From: a virus
IMG/VR virus record: IMGVR_UViG_3300020170_000001
Coordinates: 1-64,000 of that record
Reading direction: 5' to 3' (one strand)
DNA: 64,000 nucleotides
The notes below the pieces were generated by a model. That model made no database searches. It was not told the DNA's origin and worked only from the letters and a program-made list of their open reading frames with translations. The translations under genes were made by a program, and so were the position numbers. Shown one piece after another: positions 8,771 to 17,611 of this stretch; position 1 is the stretch's first letter, and every line of letters begins with the position of its first letter.

Positions 8771-9883
8771 CTAGTGCGAGTGCAGGAGCCGGTGACACGC
8801 TCCGCAACGTTGATCCGCGGTGTAGGGCATGTCGCCGCCGACCCGCAGGAGCGCGTCCACGGCGGCGGGATCCATCCCTTCTTCGTTGGCGACCTGGGTG
8901 ATGGCATTCATGATCACGTACATGGTGATCTCACCCTCGTAGGTTTCCAGAACGCTGATGATCTTGGACCGCTGTTGGATCGGGATGCGGTGGTGCTCGA
9001 AGATGTCGCGCAGGGTGTCGCTGAGGTTGCCGTCGATGCCGATCGTGGTGAGCCGCTGGACGGCGTCGAACGCCCCGTCGAGCCCGCTGAGAGCCTCGTC
9101 AACGGCCTGGCGGGCCCAGTCGTACACCTCTGCCTCGGAGGTGTCCCGACGGCGCGTCCAAACGCCGGTGGTGGCTTGGGCGTCGATTTGCCCGTTGGTG
9201 CAGACCCAGCGGAACAGGTAACCCTCGATCTTGGTTTGGGTCGTTCCGGTCAGGCTGTTGTCGACCTGCACGCCGCGCGACCACACATCGCCTGCCGTGC
9301 CGGTGTCGGCGAGCACCTGGTGGGCGTTCGGGATGACCAGCCGCATGCGGGTGCGGCGCAGGTTGTGGCTGAATTTGTGGTCGACCAGCACCTCGACGGA
9401 GCCGTATTTCGCTTCGATGCTGCTGAGCGCCTGGTCCAGGAGGGCGAGGTTGGAGAACGGCGCACTGCCCTGTTTGGTGAATGCGGCGGCCAGGCCGCCG
9501 TTGACCATGAACTGGAAGTCTTTGCCCTTGCGGGCGCTGAACATACCTTCGCGATACCAGTAGTTCATGTGTGGCACGAGCAGATCGGCAGGGCAGTCCC
9601 TGGTGTATTCACGCCGGAATCCGAATCCTTGGCATGTTTCTTCGAGGGCGTCCCGGGTCAGTTGATACCTGTCTTTACGATTCAGGGTGACCCAGACGCC
9701 GACCGGCTCGTTTCCCACTTTCGCGGACAGGCCGTGGTTGAAGTCTGCCTGCGCTTCGAAACGGACTGAGTCGCCGACGGTGAACATGGCGCGGTTCAGT
9801 GGCTCGGTGAGGGAAAGTCGCTGCTGAGCCTGCTCGACGGTGAGCAGTTTGCTGCGCATCTGCTCGACGGTGATGGCGCTCAT
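8771..9883 (-). CDS. DUF932-like phage protein
   Basis: 'NSLTG...YLFRWVCTNG' resembles the DUF932 NSxxG...RxVCxNG signature; start set at MSAITV. Confidence 0.6.
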   Translation of the reverse strand: MSAITVEQMRSKLLTVEQAQQRLSLTEPLNRAMFTVGDSVRFEAQADFNHGLSAKVGNEPVGVWVTLNRKDRYQLTRDALEETCQGFGFRREYTRDCPADLLVPHMNYWYREGMFSARKGKDFQFMVNGGLAAAFTKQGSAPFSNLALLDQALSSIEAKYGSVEVLVDHKFSHNLRRTRMRLVIPNAHQVLADTGTAGDVWSRGVQVDNSLTGTTQTKIEGYLFRWVCTNGQIDAQATTGVWTRRRDTSEAEVYDWARQAVDEALSGLDGAFDAVQRLTTIGIDGNLSDTLRDIFEHHRIPIQQRSKIISVLETYEGEITMYVIMNAITQVANEEGMDPAAVDALLRVGGDMPYTADQRCGACHRLLHSH

Positions 9884-10173
9884 GGCTTCTTCCCCAAGAA
9901 CTCGGTGGCGGGTACCTCGGCCCAGGCAATGGATTCCTGGCGATACTTTTTGGCGAGCTGGGCGAGCCGGATCTTCAATCCCGGTTCGAGGCCGTCGACG
10001 AGTTCGAGACAGATACAGGCGTTCTGATAGATCGAGTTCGGGTTCGAGTACCACTCGCCGTGAAACATCCCGCCAGCGTCGTGGAGAAGCCGCTGCAGAT
10101 CGATCTGGAACAGCGCCCAGTCTTTCTGGCTGAGCTTGTCGTCGGTATTGCCGATCGAGACGTAGACGATCAT
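9880..10173 (-). CDS. conserved-looking hypothetical phage protein
   Basis: MIVYVSIGNTDDKLSQ...YQNAC; 4-bp overlaps with both neighbours. Confidence 0.75.
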   Translation of the reverse strand: MIVYVSIGNTDDKLSQKDWALFQIDLQRLLHDAGGMFHGEWYSNPNSIYQNACICLELVDGLEPGLKIRLAQLAKKYRQESIAWAEVPATEFLGKKP

Positions 10174-10472
10174 TGAGCACCCGGCGCATTGATCTCGGAT
10201 TTTGAATCGCCCGTCCCGAACCAGGGATGAATCCAATCAATTGCTCTCGGCGTAGCTGCCCCGCGCACGTGAAGGAAGCGCGGCGCTGGAGTGTCGTGGT
10301 GTTCGACCTCCAAGCGCAGCACCTCCCACGCAGTGTTCCCGCCGTTGGCCTTCAGCTTCTCGGCCCTCGCGAGCGCGCCCTCTTGGGTGCTCCACAATGA
10401 ATCGATTTCGGGATAGTCAACGTGGTCGAAGGCAACGGCCCACACGTAGTCACCGGTAGATGTTGTCGTCAC
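10170..10472 (-). CDS. hypothetical protein
   Basis: 100-aa ORF in operon. Confidence 0.55.
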   Translation of the reverse strand: MTTTSTGDYVWAVAFDHVDYPEIDSLWSTQEGALARAEKLKANGGNTAWEVLRLEVEHHDTPAPRFLHVRGAATPRAIDWIHPWFGTGDSKSEINAPGAQ

Positions 10473-10551
10473 GGGATCCCTACCGCCGGGAAGGCGGTGA
10501 TATTCATGGGCTCACCCGTGCGGGTTGGGTCCGCTCGGTGTTGTTCCAGCG

Positions 10552-11646
10552 TCATGCGAGCGTCTCGGCAGGCTCCAGCGTGGACGCCTCGTTGAGCTGG
10601 TGTTCGGCCAGCGCGATCATCTCATTGCGCCAGCCAGGGTTCTCGTCTGCGTAGGCGAGCACGTTGGGCTCGCCGTGCAGTTGGAGCTTTCCCTCGCCGG
10701 AGGGCACGAGGGTCGGGACCTTGCGGTCGGTGAAGGTGACCCAGGATCCGGATACCGTGACCAGCTTGCGGGACACCAGGACCTGCAGCGCCGACCAGGC
10801 GTTATCGAAGCCCATCCCGAAGCGGCTTCGCACCTCGACGACGCGGCCAGGCACGCCGACCTTGTTCTTCACGCACTTGACGTAGACCTTGTTCGCGACG
10901 AGCTGATTGGACTCCTCGCCGGTCAGGAAGTCTTCGAGCTTGTTCTTCACACCGCCGCCGACGTCGAACTCCAGGCGCAGGCTGGCGTAATACTTGAGTC
11001 CTCGCCCGCCGGGCGTGGTGACCCGAGGCGGCAGCCCGGGCCGGCCGGTCATGTCGACGGCTTCCATCTTGTGGTTGATGAACACCGCGGCGCAGTCCTG
11101 CTCGTGCAGGATGCCGGTCATGATCTGCAGCAGCCCGGACATGAGTTTGGCGCGGTGCATCGCCATGGTGGCCTGATCGAAGCTGCCCTCTTTGAGTCGC
11201 CGCGGTGCCATGGCCGCGACGGAGTCGAAGATGACCAGGCGGACTTTCCCGGTGTCGATCAGCTCCAGAGTCGCTTCCGCGCCTTGTTCGAGCCAGGTCG
11301 GTTGCAGGGTCACAAAGGACGGGTGCGCGAAGTCGATGCCCAGTTCCTCGGCGTAGTCGCCGTCCAGGGCGTGCTCGAAGTCGAGGTAGACGATGCGCTC
11401 GTCGGAGCCGCGGGCGATGATGTCGGACTGGAGCATCACGGCGGTCTGCAATGCGGTCGTTGTCTTGCCGGATGCTTCCAGGCCATACAGTTCGGTGACC
11501 CGCCCCCGCGGTAGGCCGCCGACGCCGGTTTGCCAGTCGATGCTGAGGTTGCCGGTCGGCAGGCCGACCACCCGATCCGGGGTGCCGATCTTCAGGCCGG
11601 TTTTCTTCACGAAGTCGGCAAGAATGTCATCAACGGTCTTGGTCAT
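10552..11646 (-). CDS. recA: RecA/UvsX-family recombinase
   Basis: GGLPRGRVTELYGLEASGKTT, DFEHALD, IFDSVAAM, TTPGGRGLKYYASLRL, KNKV. Confidence 0.95.
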   Translation of the reverse strand: MTKTVDDILADFVKKTGLKIGTPDRVVGLPTGNLSIDWQTGVGGLPRGRVTELYGLEASGKTTTALQTAVMLQSDIIARGSDERIVYLDFEHALDGDYAEELGIDFAHPSFVTLQPTWLEQGAEATLELIDTGKVRLVIFDSVAAMAPRRLKEGSFDQATMAMHRAKLMSGLLQIMTGILHEQDCAAVFINHKMEAVDMTGRPGLPPRVTTPGGRGLKYYASLRLEFDVGGGVKNKLEDFLTGEESNQLVANKVYVKCVKNKVGVPGRVVEVRSRFGMGFDNAWSALQVLVSRKLVTVSGSWVTFTDRKVPTLVPSGEGKLQLHGEPNVLAYADENPGWRNEMIALAEHQLNEASTLEPAETLA

Positions 11647-12214
11647 CAAAGTCCTTCTTGCGAATCACTGCGGTGTCGTAACGCGACGTTCCCGGCACGT
11701 CATAGGTGCCGTACTGCTTCTTCATGTCGATGGCCCAGCGGGCAATGAGATACGCCGAGCAGTAGTCGCTGGCGACTTTGGTGGCTCGGCTCTTTCCGCC
11801 GTTGTCTTTCGCCCGGATAGATAGGTCCGGCGGTGTGTAGCCGTAGCGCTCCGAGACGGGGAAGACCGCTTGGGGGCCTGTCCCGCGTTCCATTCCTGTG
11901 TAGTGGGCACGCCAGGTTGCGGGAGCGACGAAGAGAACATTCCGCCGGGCGAATGCCATGTGCATCGCGTGCACAACTCGGCCCTGCAACCGGCAGACGG
12001 TCTTGACCAGGGTGGAATAGGGGAGACCGTGCGGCAGATCCTCGACAGCCATGAGGTCCGGCCCGTGCGGCTGAGTAAATGTGTCCGTCAGGCGAGCGAG
12101 GAATTCTTCCTCACTTTTATCCCATGAGTCGAACTGGGCGCGGACCATGAAGTCCTCGTCCATCAGGCAGGCGGCTGAATACTTGGCAGCCAGGTCGACG
12201 GCGAGGACTGTCAC
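11630..12214 (-). CDS. RuvC-like Holliday junction resolvase (RNase H fold)
   Basis: N-terminal VLAVDLA, central AVED, C-terminal D; adjacent to recA. Confidence 0.6.
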   Translation of the reverse strand: MTVLAVDLAAKYSAACLMDEDFMVRAQFDSWDKSEEEFLARLTDTFTQPHGPDLMAVEDLPHGLPYSTLVKTVCRLQGRVVHAMHMAFARRNVLFVAPATWRAHYTGMERGTGPQAVFPVSERYGYTPPDLSIRAKDNGGKSRATKVASDYCSAYLIARWAIDMKKQYGTYDVPGTSRYDTAVIRKKDFDDQDR

Positions 12215-12378
12215 GCTTTCTTTACCGTCCGGCGGACCGCCCGATTCGGTCTGGGGCCGGCGACGCGAGGGTGTCGCTGGCGGCACCGTCCACGGACGAG
12301 TGATGTCGACGCTGGGTTTACTCCTGGTCGCCTGTCCGTAATAGTGTCGTAGAGTTCGAGCGTCGAGGAGGCACCCCT

Positions 12379-13413
12379 ATGCCCGGCAAAACCGCCGAGG
12401 TCACAATCCGCCAGCTAGCACCCGAGCAGGCCGAGGAGGGGCAAGAGCGCCTGCTCTACCGGCCGGTGCCGCAGTTGGACGGTCCGCCGCAGTTCAAGGT
12501 GAGCTACCCGTGGATCTCGCCCGCTGAGGCCAACGAGATGTTGCGTGAAGCGCTGAATGCCGACGGGTTCCGGCAGCGGAAGATGATCACCGCCGAGGTT
12601 CGACGGTGGAGACAGTTGATAAATACGAAGCGGTTCGTCCACTTCCTGCCCAATGGTGTCTTGTGCTCCGACGAGGATGGCATCCTGCTCAACGGCCAAC
12701 ATCGGCTGACGGCGGTCGCCGGCCAGGACCAAAGCTGCGGGTTCGTGGTGTTCAAGAACGTGCCGCGGTGGATGTTCGCCTTCATGGACACCAACAAGGT
12801 TCGGACGTTGAAGGATGTGTTCTTCATCGGGGCCCGCGCGTCGGGCCCGCACACGCCCTCAGCGATGCGCCTCGGTATGCGCTACGAGGAGTTCCTCTTC
12901 GGACTGCGTTCGTCGCTCGGCTGGCGACACTGGATGACCACCCGAGACGAACACCAGGACGTCGATGGTTTCCTCGCCCGGCGGGGGGAGTTTCAGGATT
13001 GGTACGGCGTCGGGGAGAAGGTCCATAGCGCGGTCAAGTTGTTGGTGCCGAGCGCGATGGCGTTTCGCTTCTATCAGACGCTGGCGTGGCCGGACGGCGA
13101 TCCGGAGATTCAGGAATTCACCGAATCGTTGGCGTCCGGCACGATGCTGCCGCCCAAGAGCCCGGTGGCTGTGCTGCGTGAGTGGGCGCGGGAGTGCTAT
13201 TACAACAAGGACAAGATCTTTGCCAAGCGCGAAGCGCACTTGATGTTGTTGATGCGCTGTTTCGCCCAGGTTCAGGCCGGCACCCGCCTTGACAGACTTA
13301 CCTGGGCGTACGGGCAGCCGATGGCGATGCCTTACCACCCTCAGGGTCATGAAGTCGCCGTCAAGAACGTGCGCCAAGCGCTGGAGGACTTGGACACGGA
13401 GTATGCCGAATGA
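12379..13413 (+). CDS. ParB/DGQHR-like domain protein
   Basis: LLNGQHRLTAV motif; GAGGAGG RBS. Confidence 0.65.
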   Translation: MPGKTAEVTIRQLAPEQAEEGQERLLYRPVPQLDGPPQFKVSYPWISPAEANEMLREALNADGFRQRKMITAEVRRWRQLINTKRFVHFLPNGVLCSDEDGILLNGQHRLTAVAGQDQSCGFVVFKNVPRWMFAFMDTNKVRTLKDVFFIGARASGPHTPSAMRLGMRYEEFLFGLRSSLGWRHWMTTRDEHQDVDGFLARRGEFQDWYGVGEKVHSAVKLLVPSAMAFRFYQTLAWPDGDPEIQEFTESLASGTMLPPKSPVAVLREWARECYYNKDKIFAKREAHLMLLMRCFAQVQAGTRLDRLTWAYGQPMAMPYHPQGHEVAVKNVRQALEDLDTEYAE

Positions 13414-13586
13414 GCCTGCATCCGTCCACGACCATCACCGTGAAGGTGTTCCCGATCGGCGAACCCGGCACCATCGGGATCACCGTCGACACCAGCGGGC
13501 CAGATAGTCTTCTGCCGCACGAAGCGGCGAAGGTGTTACGCCAAGCGGCTGATGTGATCGAGAGGAACAACGACGTGATCCGCTGA
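13410..13586 (+). CDS. small hypothetical protein (not in ORF track)
   Basis: ATGA overlap; MSLHPSTTITVKVF...AAKVLRQAADVIE. Confidence 0.6.
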   Translation: MSLHPSTTITVKVFPIGEPGTIGITVDTSGPDSLLPHEAAKVLRQAADVIERNNDVIR

Positions 13587-13607
13587 ATGGTGGTGTCGAG
13601 CGAGGGG

Positions 13608-14333
13608 CTAGCTCAGCTTCGTCGTCTTGTCCCACATCGCCGGCCACGTCTTCGGCCCGATCAAGCCGTCAACACCGAGGTTGTTGGCCTTCTGGAAGGC
13701 TTTCACGACTCCCAGGGTGATCGGGCCGAATACCCCGTCAGCGGACAGGTGCGCGCCTCGGGACTTGGCTTGGCTCTGCCAGACCCGCACATTCGCGTCG
13801 ACCGTGTTGCTCTGCTTGAGCGGGTAGCCGGGGTACTTCGGCGCGACGGTCCCGGGGGTGACATTGCCGCCGCCGCCGGAGGGCTGCCACAGCAACGGGC
13901 GCTGGTTGGCCTTCGAGCGCCACCAGGAGATGTGGCTCCAGTGGTCGTGGCCGGTGCCGGTGTAGCGCTGCAGGGTGCCGTTGCCGTTCCAGCGGGCCCA
14001 GTAGTAGACGGGCTTGTTGGCCCACGGCTTGGTGATCATCTCGCAGATCATCGGCAGCTCGCCGCGCATCAGCCGGGCCAGCAGGGTGGCGTGTAGGGCC
14101 ATCAGCTTGGGGTTGTAGCCGTGGTGGAAGTCCCCCGCGCAGGCCCAGTCCATCCGGTACGGCGCGGCAGCTTCGTGCCGGCGGGAGTAGTCCGTCGCGG
14201 GGATCGCGGTGGCCGGGCAGTGGAAGCCGTAAGTGTGCAGCGCGTTGCCGCAGCACCCGGAGTTGCCGCCGCCGAGTTTGATCCAGTCGCTCATCTCAGC
14301 GTCGATCGCCGAGGCACACACGCAGCTCGCCAT
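13608..14333 (-). CDS. endolysin: putative Zn-peptidase domain plus peptidoglycan-binding domain
   Basis: C-terminal DGVFGPIT...VKAFQKANNLGVDGLIGPKTW; N-terminal H..D..HxxHxS residues. Confidence 0.8.
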   Translation of the reverse strand: MASCVCASAIDAEMSDWIKLGGGNSGCCGNALHTYGFHCPATAIPATDYSRRHEAAAPYRMDWACAGDFHHGYNPKLMALHATLLARLMRGELPMICEMITKPWANKPVYYWARWNGNGTLQRYTGTGHDHWSHISWWRSKANQRPLLWQPSGGGGNVTPGTVAPKYPGYPLKQSNTVDANVRVWQSQAKSRGAHLSADGVFGPITLGVVKAFQKANNLGVDGLIGPKTWPAMWDKTTKLS

Positions 14334-14353
14334 GTCCTCCTTATCGGCGGAAC

Positions 14354-14390
14354 TTGCACGCGGGCCGTGTGAACAATTACTGTTCACAGC
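14354..14390 (+). promoter_or_regulatory. sigma-70-type promoter with overlapping palindromic operator
   Basis: TTGCAC-N18-TACTGT-7 nt-ATG; TGTGAACA-N5-TGTTCACA at 14368-14388. Confidence 0.65.
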
Positions 14391-14810
14391 ATGACGACTG
14401 ACGCCGAGCTGTTCTCGCTGCTTTCACAGGTGATGACAAAATACGAAGAAGTCCGTGGCCTGGAAAGCAAGCTGACGCAGGTTCGGGCCGAGCGCGATGA
14501 ACTGGTCACCGCAGCCATCGCGACCGAGCGGATCGACGCGAGGGGCATTGCGTTGTTCTGCCGCGCTAGGGGCAAGGAGCGGCGCGGCGGCGGCAGGGCT
14601 CACGCTGTCCGGGAGCCCACGCCGAACTGGTCTCCTCTGCTGAGCAGCGCAGACATCGCCAGACTCGCCGGTGTCACCCGAGCGACCGTCACCAACTGGA
14701 AAAAACGGCATGCTGACTTCCCGCCCCCGGCAGATGCTGCGAGGCCGCCACGGTATGCGCGGGAGAAGGTCTTCGAGTACCTCGACCGGCACGGCATTGA
14801 TCACGCCTAA
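14391..14810 (+). CDS. AlpA/Xis-like HTH DNA-binding protein
   Basis: LLSSADIARLAGVTRATVTNWKKRHADFPPP. Confidence 0.75.
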   Translation: MTTDAELFSLLSQVMTKYEEVRGLESKLTQVRAERDELVTAAIATERIDARGIALFCRARGKERRGGGRAHAVREPTPNWSPLLSSADIARLAGVTRATVTNWKKRHADFPPPADAARPPRYAREKVFEYLDRHGIDHA

Positions 14811-15012
14811 GCAAGTCCGGGGCTGCGCGCGGTGTGCCTCCGACGGGATGCCAGGGGACCCGCAAGACGATCACGTCGTGCGCTGGCTCAGAGAGCGCCG
14901 CGACGCAGCGCTAGACCCGCAGGGCTGCCCAGAGAGCGCCGGTCGTACCGGCGCGTGGTGGCTTCTTGACGAACTGCTCGGCGACTACCGCGAGCGCTTT
15001 CTTGGCAAATAG
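14797..15012 (+). CDS. hypothetical protein
   Basis: ORF ending before the terminator; start uncertain. Confidence 0.5.
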   Translation: MITPKQVRGCARCASDGMPGDPQDDHVVRWLRERRDAALDPQGCPESAGRTGAWWLLDELLGDYRERFLGK

Positions 15013-15015
15013 TGG

Positions 15016-15045
15016 GAGCCGGGCGGATACCCTTCCGCCCGGCTC
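15016..15045. terminator. hairpin closing the ncRNA and the convergent gene
   Basis: GAGCCGGGCGGA / TCCGCCCGGCTC 12-bp stem. Confidence 0.8.
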
Positions 15046-15496
15046 TGGCAAAGGAGAGTCGCATCCTTTAGGTTACATCCACTAAACAATCACCAGCACA
15101 TTTGAAAGTCGCGGATCAGCTTCATGTCCCCATGCTCTGCCGTTGAGCTACCGCCTCATGTTGGAGAGGCGGTCCGGATTTGAACCGAAACCCTGCGAGA
15201 TTTGCCCGCGACTGGTCGATCTGGTGACCGGATGTTGCTATTGAGTTTTGGCGATAGCTTGAGTTTCAAATCGGTGCGCGTCTGCCATTTGCGCCACCCG
15301 GGCGTGACGAGCCCGGGGCAGGATTCGAACCTGCAACATCACCGGTCATCAACCTGAGGCTGAGCCTCACTCGCCCCTCCGCGCCGATACGATGTGGAGG
15401 GGAGTCATATTGGGCGTCCCTACCCGCCTGGACGTCCTGCGTACGGAGCGATTCCCGCCGGAGCTAGCCCGCACGTCCCGTCTTCATGAATCAACG
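15016..15496 (-). ncRNA. large structured ncRNA with two circularly permuted tRNA-like domains
   Basis: Two units in the order T-arm, closed acceptor stem, D-arm (15272-15344, 15127-15200); three nested long-range helices; no credible ORF. Confidence 0.8.
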
Positions 15497-16273
15497 TCAG
15501 GCTGCGAACAGGTAGTCGAAGACCCGCCGCCCCGGATTCGGGCGCAGAGCGTCTTCCATGTTGGCCTGTTCGCGAGCGAACTTCACCGCCTCGGTCAGTG
15601 CGGTGATCCGGGTCAGCATCTTGTTGACCCGCGATGCCGGCAACGCGCCGGAGAATTTCACCGTCGACCAGGTGCCCACCGGGATGTCCTCGGTAAAGGA
15701 CTCCACCTGTGCCGGGTGCCGATCGGTCGCGACGGCCAGGACGTGGTTGCGCTTGGCCTTCGCGGTTTTGACCGTGGCCACCGGTTCGGTGCAGTAGACG
15801 TCCTTGGTCGGATCGAACGTCCACGTCTCCGTCGAGTCCAGGATGGGCAGCTTGCTGACCACCGTCTCCAAGTTGACTAGCTGCTTTTCCAGGAACATCA
15901 GATACGAGACCGGGACGTCGGCGAGCAAGGTGACCGGCTGATCGCCGTCGATCAGCACGACGTCCGCGCGGGCGTGCTGATTGGTCCAGTCCAGCGCCGC
16001 GGTGATGTCGAACAGCTTGGTGAGGTTGCCGGCGACATCGCGCAGCACCTGCTCCACCTTGACCTGTACGTTGGCCGATTCGGACGGGTAGCGGAATCCC
16101 TCGTCGTCTTTCGGGGTGTAGGTCCGAGAGTGCCCGGCGAGCAGCGCGTTCTTTTGCAGGAGGTGATAGCTCTTGGTCAGATGGCTCTCGGAGTCGCCCT
16201 TGATGCCCGTACGCACGGCGATGATCTGGTTGAGAAGCGTGACGCGCTCGGCGGCAACGGCGACTTTCGGCAT
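15497..16273 (-). CDS. conserved hypothetical protein (recalled as DUF7873-like; unverified), candidate partner of the ncRNA
   Basis: LNQIIAV..G.K...SRTYTPKDDEG...VPVSYLMFLEKQL...HPAQVE...KFSGALP...AVKFARE.AN; AGGAGG RBS. Confidence 0.8.
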   Translation of the reverse strand: MPKVAVAAERVTLLNQIIAVRTGIKGDSESHLTKSYHLLQKNALLAGHSRTYTPKDDEGFRYPSESANVQVKVEQVLRDVAGNLTKLFDITAALDWTNQHARADVVLIDGDQPVTLLADVPVSYLMFLEKQLVNLETVVSKLPILDSTETWTFDPTKDVYCTEPVATVKTAKAKRNHVLAVATDRHPAQVESFTEDIPVGTWSTVKFSGALPASRVNKMLTRITALTEAVKFAREQANMEDALRPNPGRRVFDYLFAA

Positions 16274-16534
16274 TTCTGCGGGGCCTCCTGTGTTCGGCGT
16301 TTCCAAGAGACTCAACCGGCAGGGGCGTTGGGTGGTGACGGCCTGTCACCCGTTCGGGTCATTTAGCGCTTGAAGGCCGGGCGGTTAGGGTGCTCGACAT
16401 CGCGAGAGGAACAGATCCGGCCTGATCTGCTCGCGAAGGGGATCGGGTAGTAGTGGATGCCGGGCGTGGTGATAGACCTCCGAGGTCGCCAGGCCAGACG
16501 TGCGCGAGGCCCGGCCCCGGCTAGCAAACGACGA

Positions 16535-16564
16535 AGCCCCCGGCCCTTCCCGTAACCGGGGGCT
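16535..16564 (-). terminator. terminator after the SSB gene
   Basis: AGCCCCCGG / CCGGGGGCT stem. Confidence 0.6.
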
Positions 16565-16577
16565 CCGCAACGCGCTG

Positions 16578-17561
16578 CTAGAGCTTGAGCTTTGTCAGCA
16601 GCGCGCTGAAGTCATCGGGGTCTTCTCCGCCCCCGGACTCTCCCTTGCTTTCATCGGCAACCGCGGTCAGAACGCCCACCTGGGCCGGCGCGTCGTGGTC
16701 GATCCGGGCGTAGGCCGCGGTCGGCTGGCCGCCGTTCGCTGCCGGTGCCGCGCTGAGCAGGTTGTCCAACTCGCCTTTGAGGGTTCGCAGGTCGGCTTCC
16801 GCTGTCGCGTTGGTCGCCGGCTGGTCCCCGTGGGCGATCCGCCAGCGCTCGGCGATCGACTCGATGTCCTTCTTGAGCCAGCGTGATTCCGCCCGGCGTC
16901 CGCAGGCGGTCTCCAGCTGGTCGGTTTCGAGCTTGTTGTTCGTGTGGGTCGCCAGCACGGTGTTGCGGATGTCCTCCTCGGACTCCCACAGGTTCCGGGC
17001 CCCGGCGCTGATGTCGAATTTCTGGAACGCCTCGGGCACCTGGCAGGGGCCGAGGATCAGGTCCCGGCCAGCGAGGCCGCCGTGTTCCTGGGCGATCAGG
17101 TACAGCTTGTTGTAGTAGCCCTCGGTGAAGGTCCACACCTGGCTGGCGCAGCCGAACGGGCTGACCGGCGTGCCGTCCGCCTTGGTGTTGTACTTGATCA
17201 CGTTCATGGCGAAGCGGCGCTCCGGCGGCAGCGCCTCTTCGGAGTCCTTGGACCGGGCGCAGACCGGGCAGTTCTTCGCGTCGAAGCCGTCGTCCGCGAT
17301 GATCCCGTGATCGCCGAGGCATTGTGGGCGGCTGATGAAGTCCATGTCCCAGTCGGCGTACTCGGTGCCGTCCTTGCGCTTCTTGACGACTTTGTTTGCC
17401 TGTCCGTTGACGATCTTCGGGGCGCGCAGGGTGTGAACCCAGGTGAAGGTGGGCTTCTCCAGGCAGACGATGCGGGCGCGCTCTCCTACCTTGAGCTTGA
17501 GTCGATCGAATTCCAAACTGGTGGTCCGTTTGAATTCCGGCGTCCAGTCGATCTGTGGCAT
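16578..17561 (-). CDS. T4 gp32-like single-stranded DNA-binding protein
   Basis: H...C...CPVC Zn motif, RFAMNVI, acidic C-terminal tail EDPDDFSALL. Confidence 0.7.
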   Translation of the reverse strand: MPQIDWTPEFKRTTSLEFDRLKLKVGERARIVCLEKPTFTWVHTLRAPKIVNGQANKVVKKRKDGTEYADWDMDFISRPQCLGDHGIIADDGFDAKNCPVCARSKDSEEALPPERRFAMNVIKYNTKADGTPVSPFGCASQVWTFTEGYYNKLYLIAQEHGGLAGRDLILGPCQVPEAFQKFDISAGARNLWESEEDIRNTVLATHTNNKLETDQLETACGRRAESRWLKKDIESIAERWRIAHGDQPATNATAEADLRTLKGELDNLLSAAPAANGGQPTAAYARIDHDAPAQVGVLTAVADESKGESGGGEDPDDFSALLTKLKL

Positions 17562-17611
17562 TACGCTCTACTTCCGATCAGCGAAATGAGTCGGTTCTCG
17601 ACTCGATTTCT

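Larger units (their letters stand above)
7709..8784. repeat. diverged tandem duplication: two units with shared ends and different cargo genes
   Basis: 7709-7791 ~ 8177-8263 and 8090-8181 ~ 8640-8784; GTGCA at all three junctions. Confidence 0.85.

Noticed and set aside
9884-10240. N-terminal extension of the 489-aa ORF
   Set aside because: It overlaps a better gene (9880-10173); the ATG at 9883 has an RBS and a stop/start overlap.
12379-13413. Dnd phosphorothioation or ParABS system
   Set aside because: Only an isolated NGQHR-motif gene is present, with no dnd or parA neighbours.
14368-14388. CRP/GlxR site
   Set aside because: TGTGA-TCACA spacing is 11 nt, not 6.
15127-15344. One intron-containing tRNA made from the 5' half of unit 1 and the 3' half of unit 2, or ordinary tRNA genes
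   Set aside because: The cross-unit acceptor strands (GCCCGGG vs CCGCCTC) do not pair, whereas each permuted unit pairs 7/7.
15127-15344. attP-type tRNA remnants
   Set aside because: No integrase is present in the window, and both halves are present with intact D-arms.
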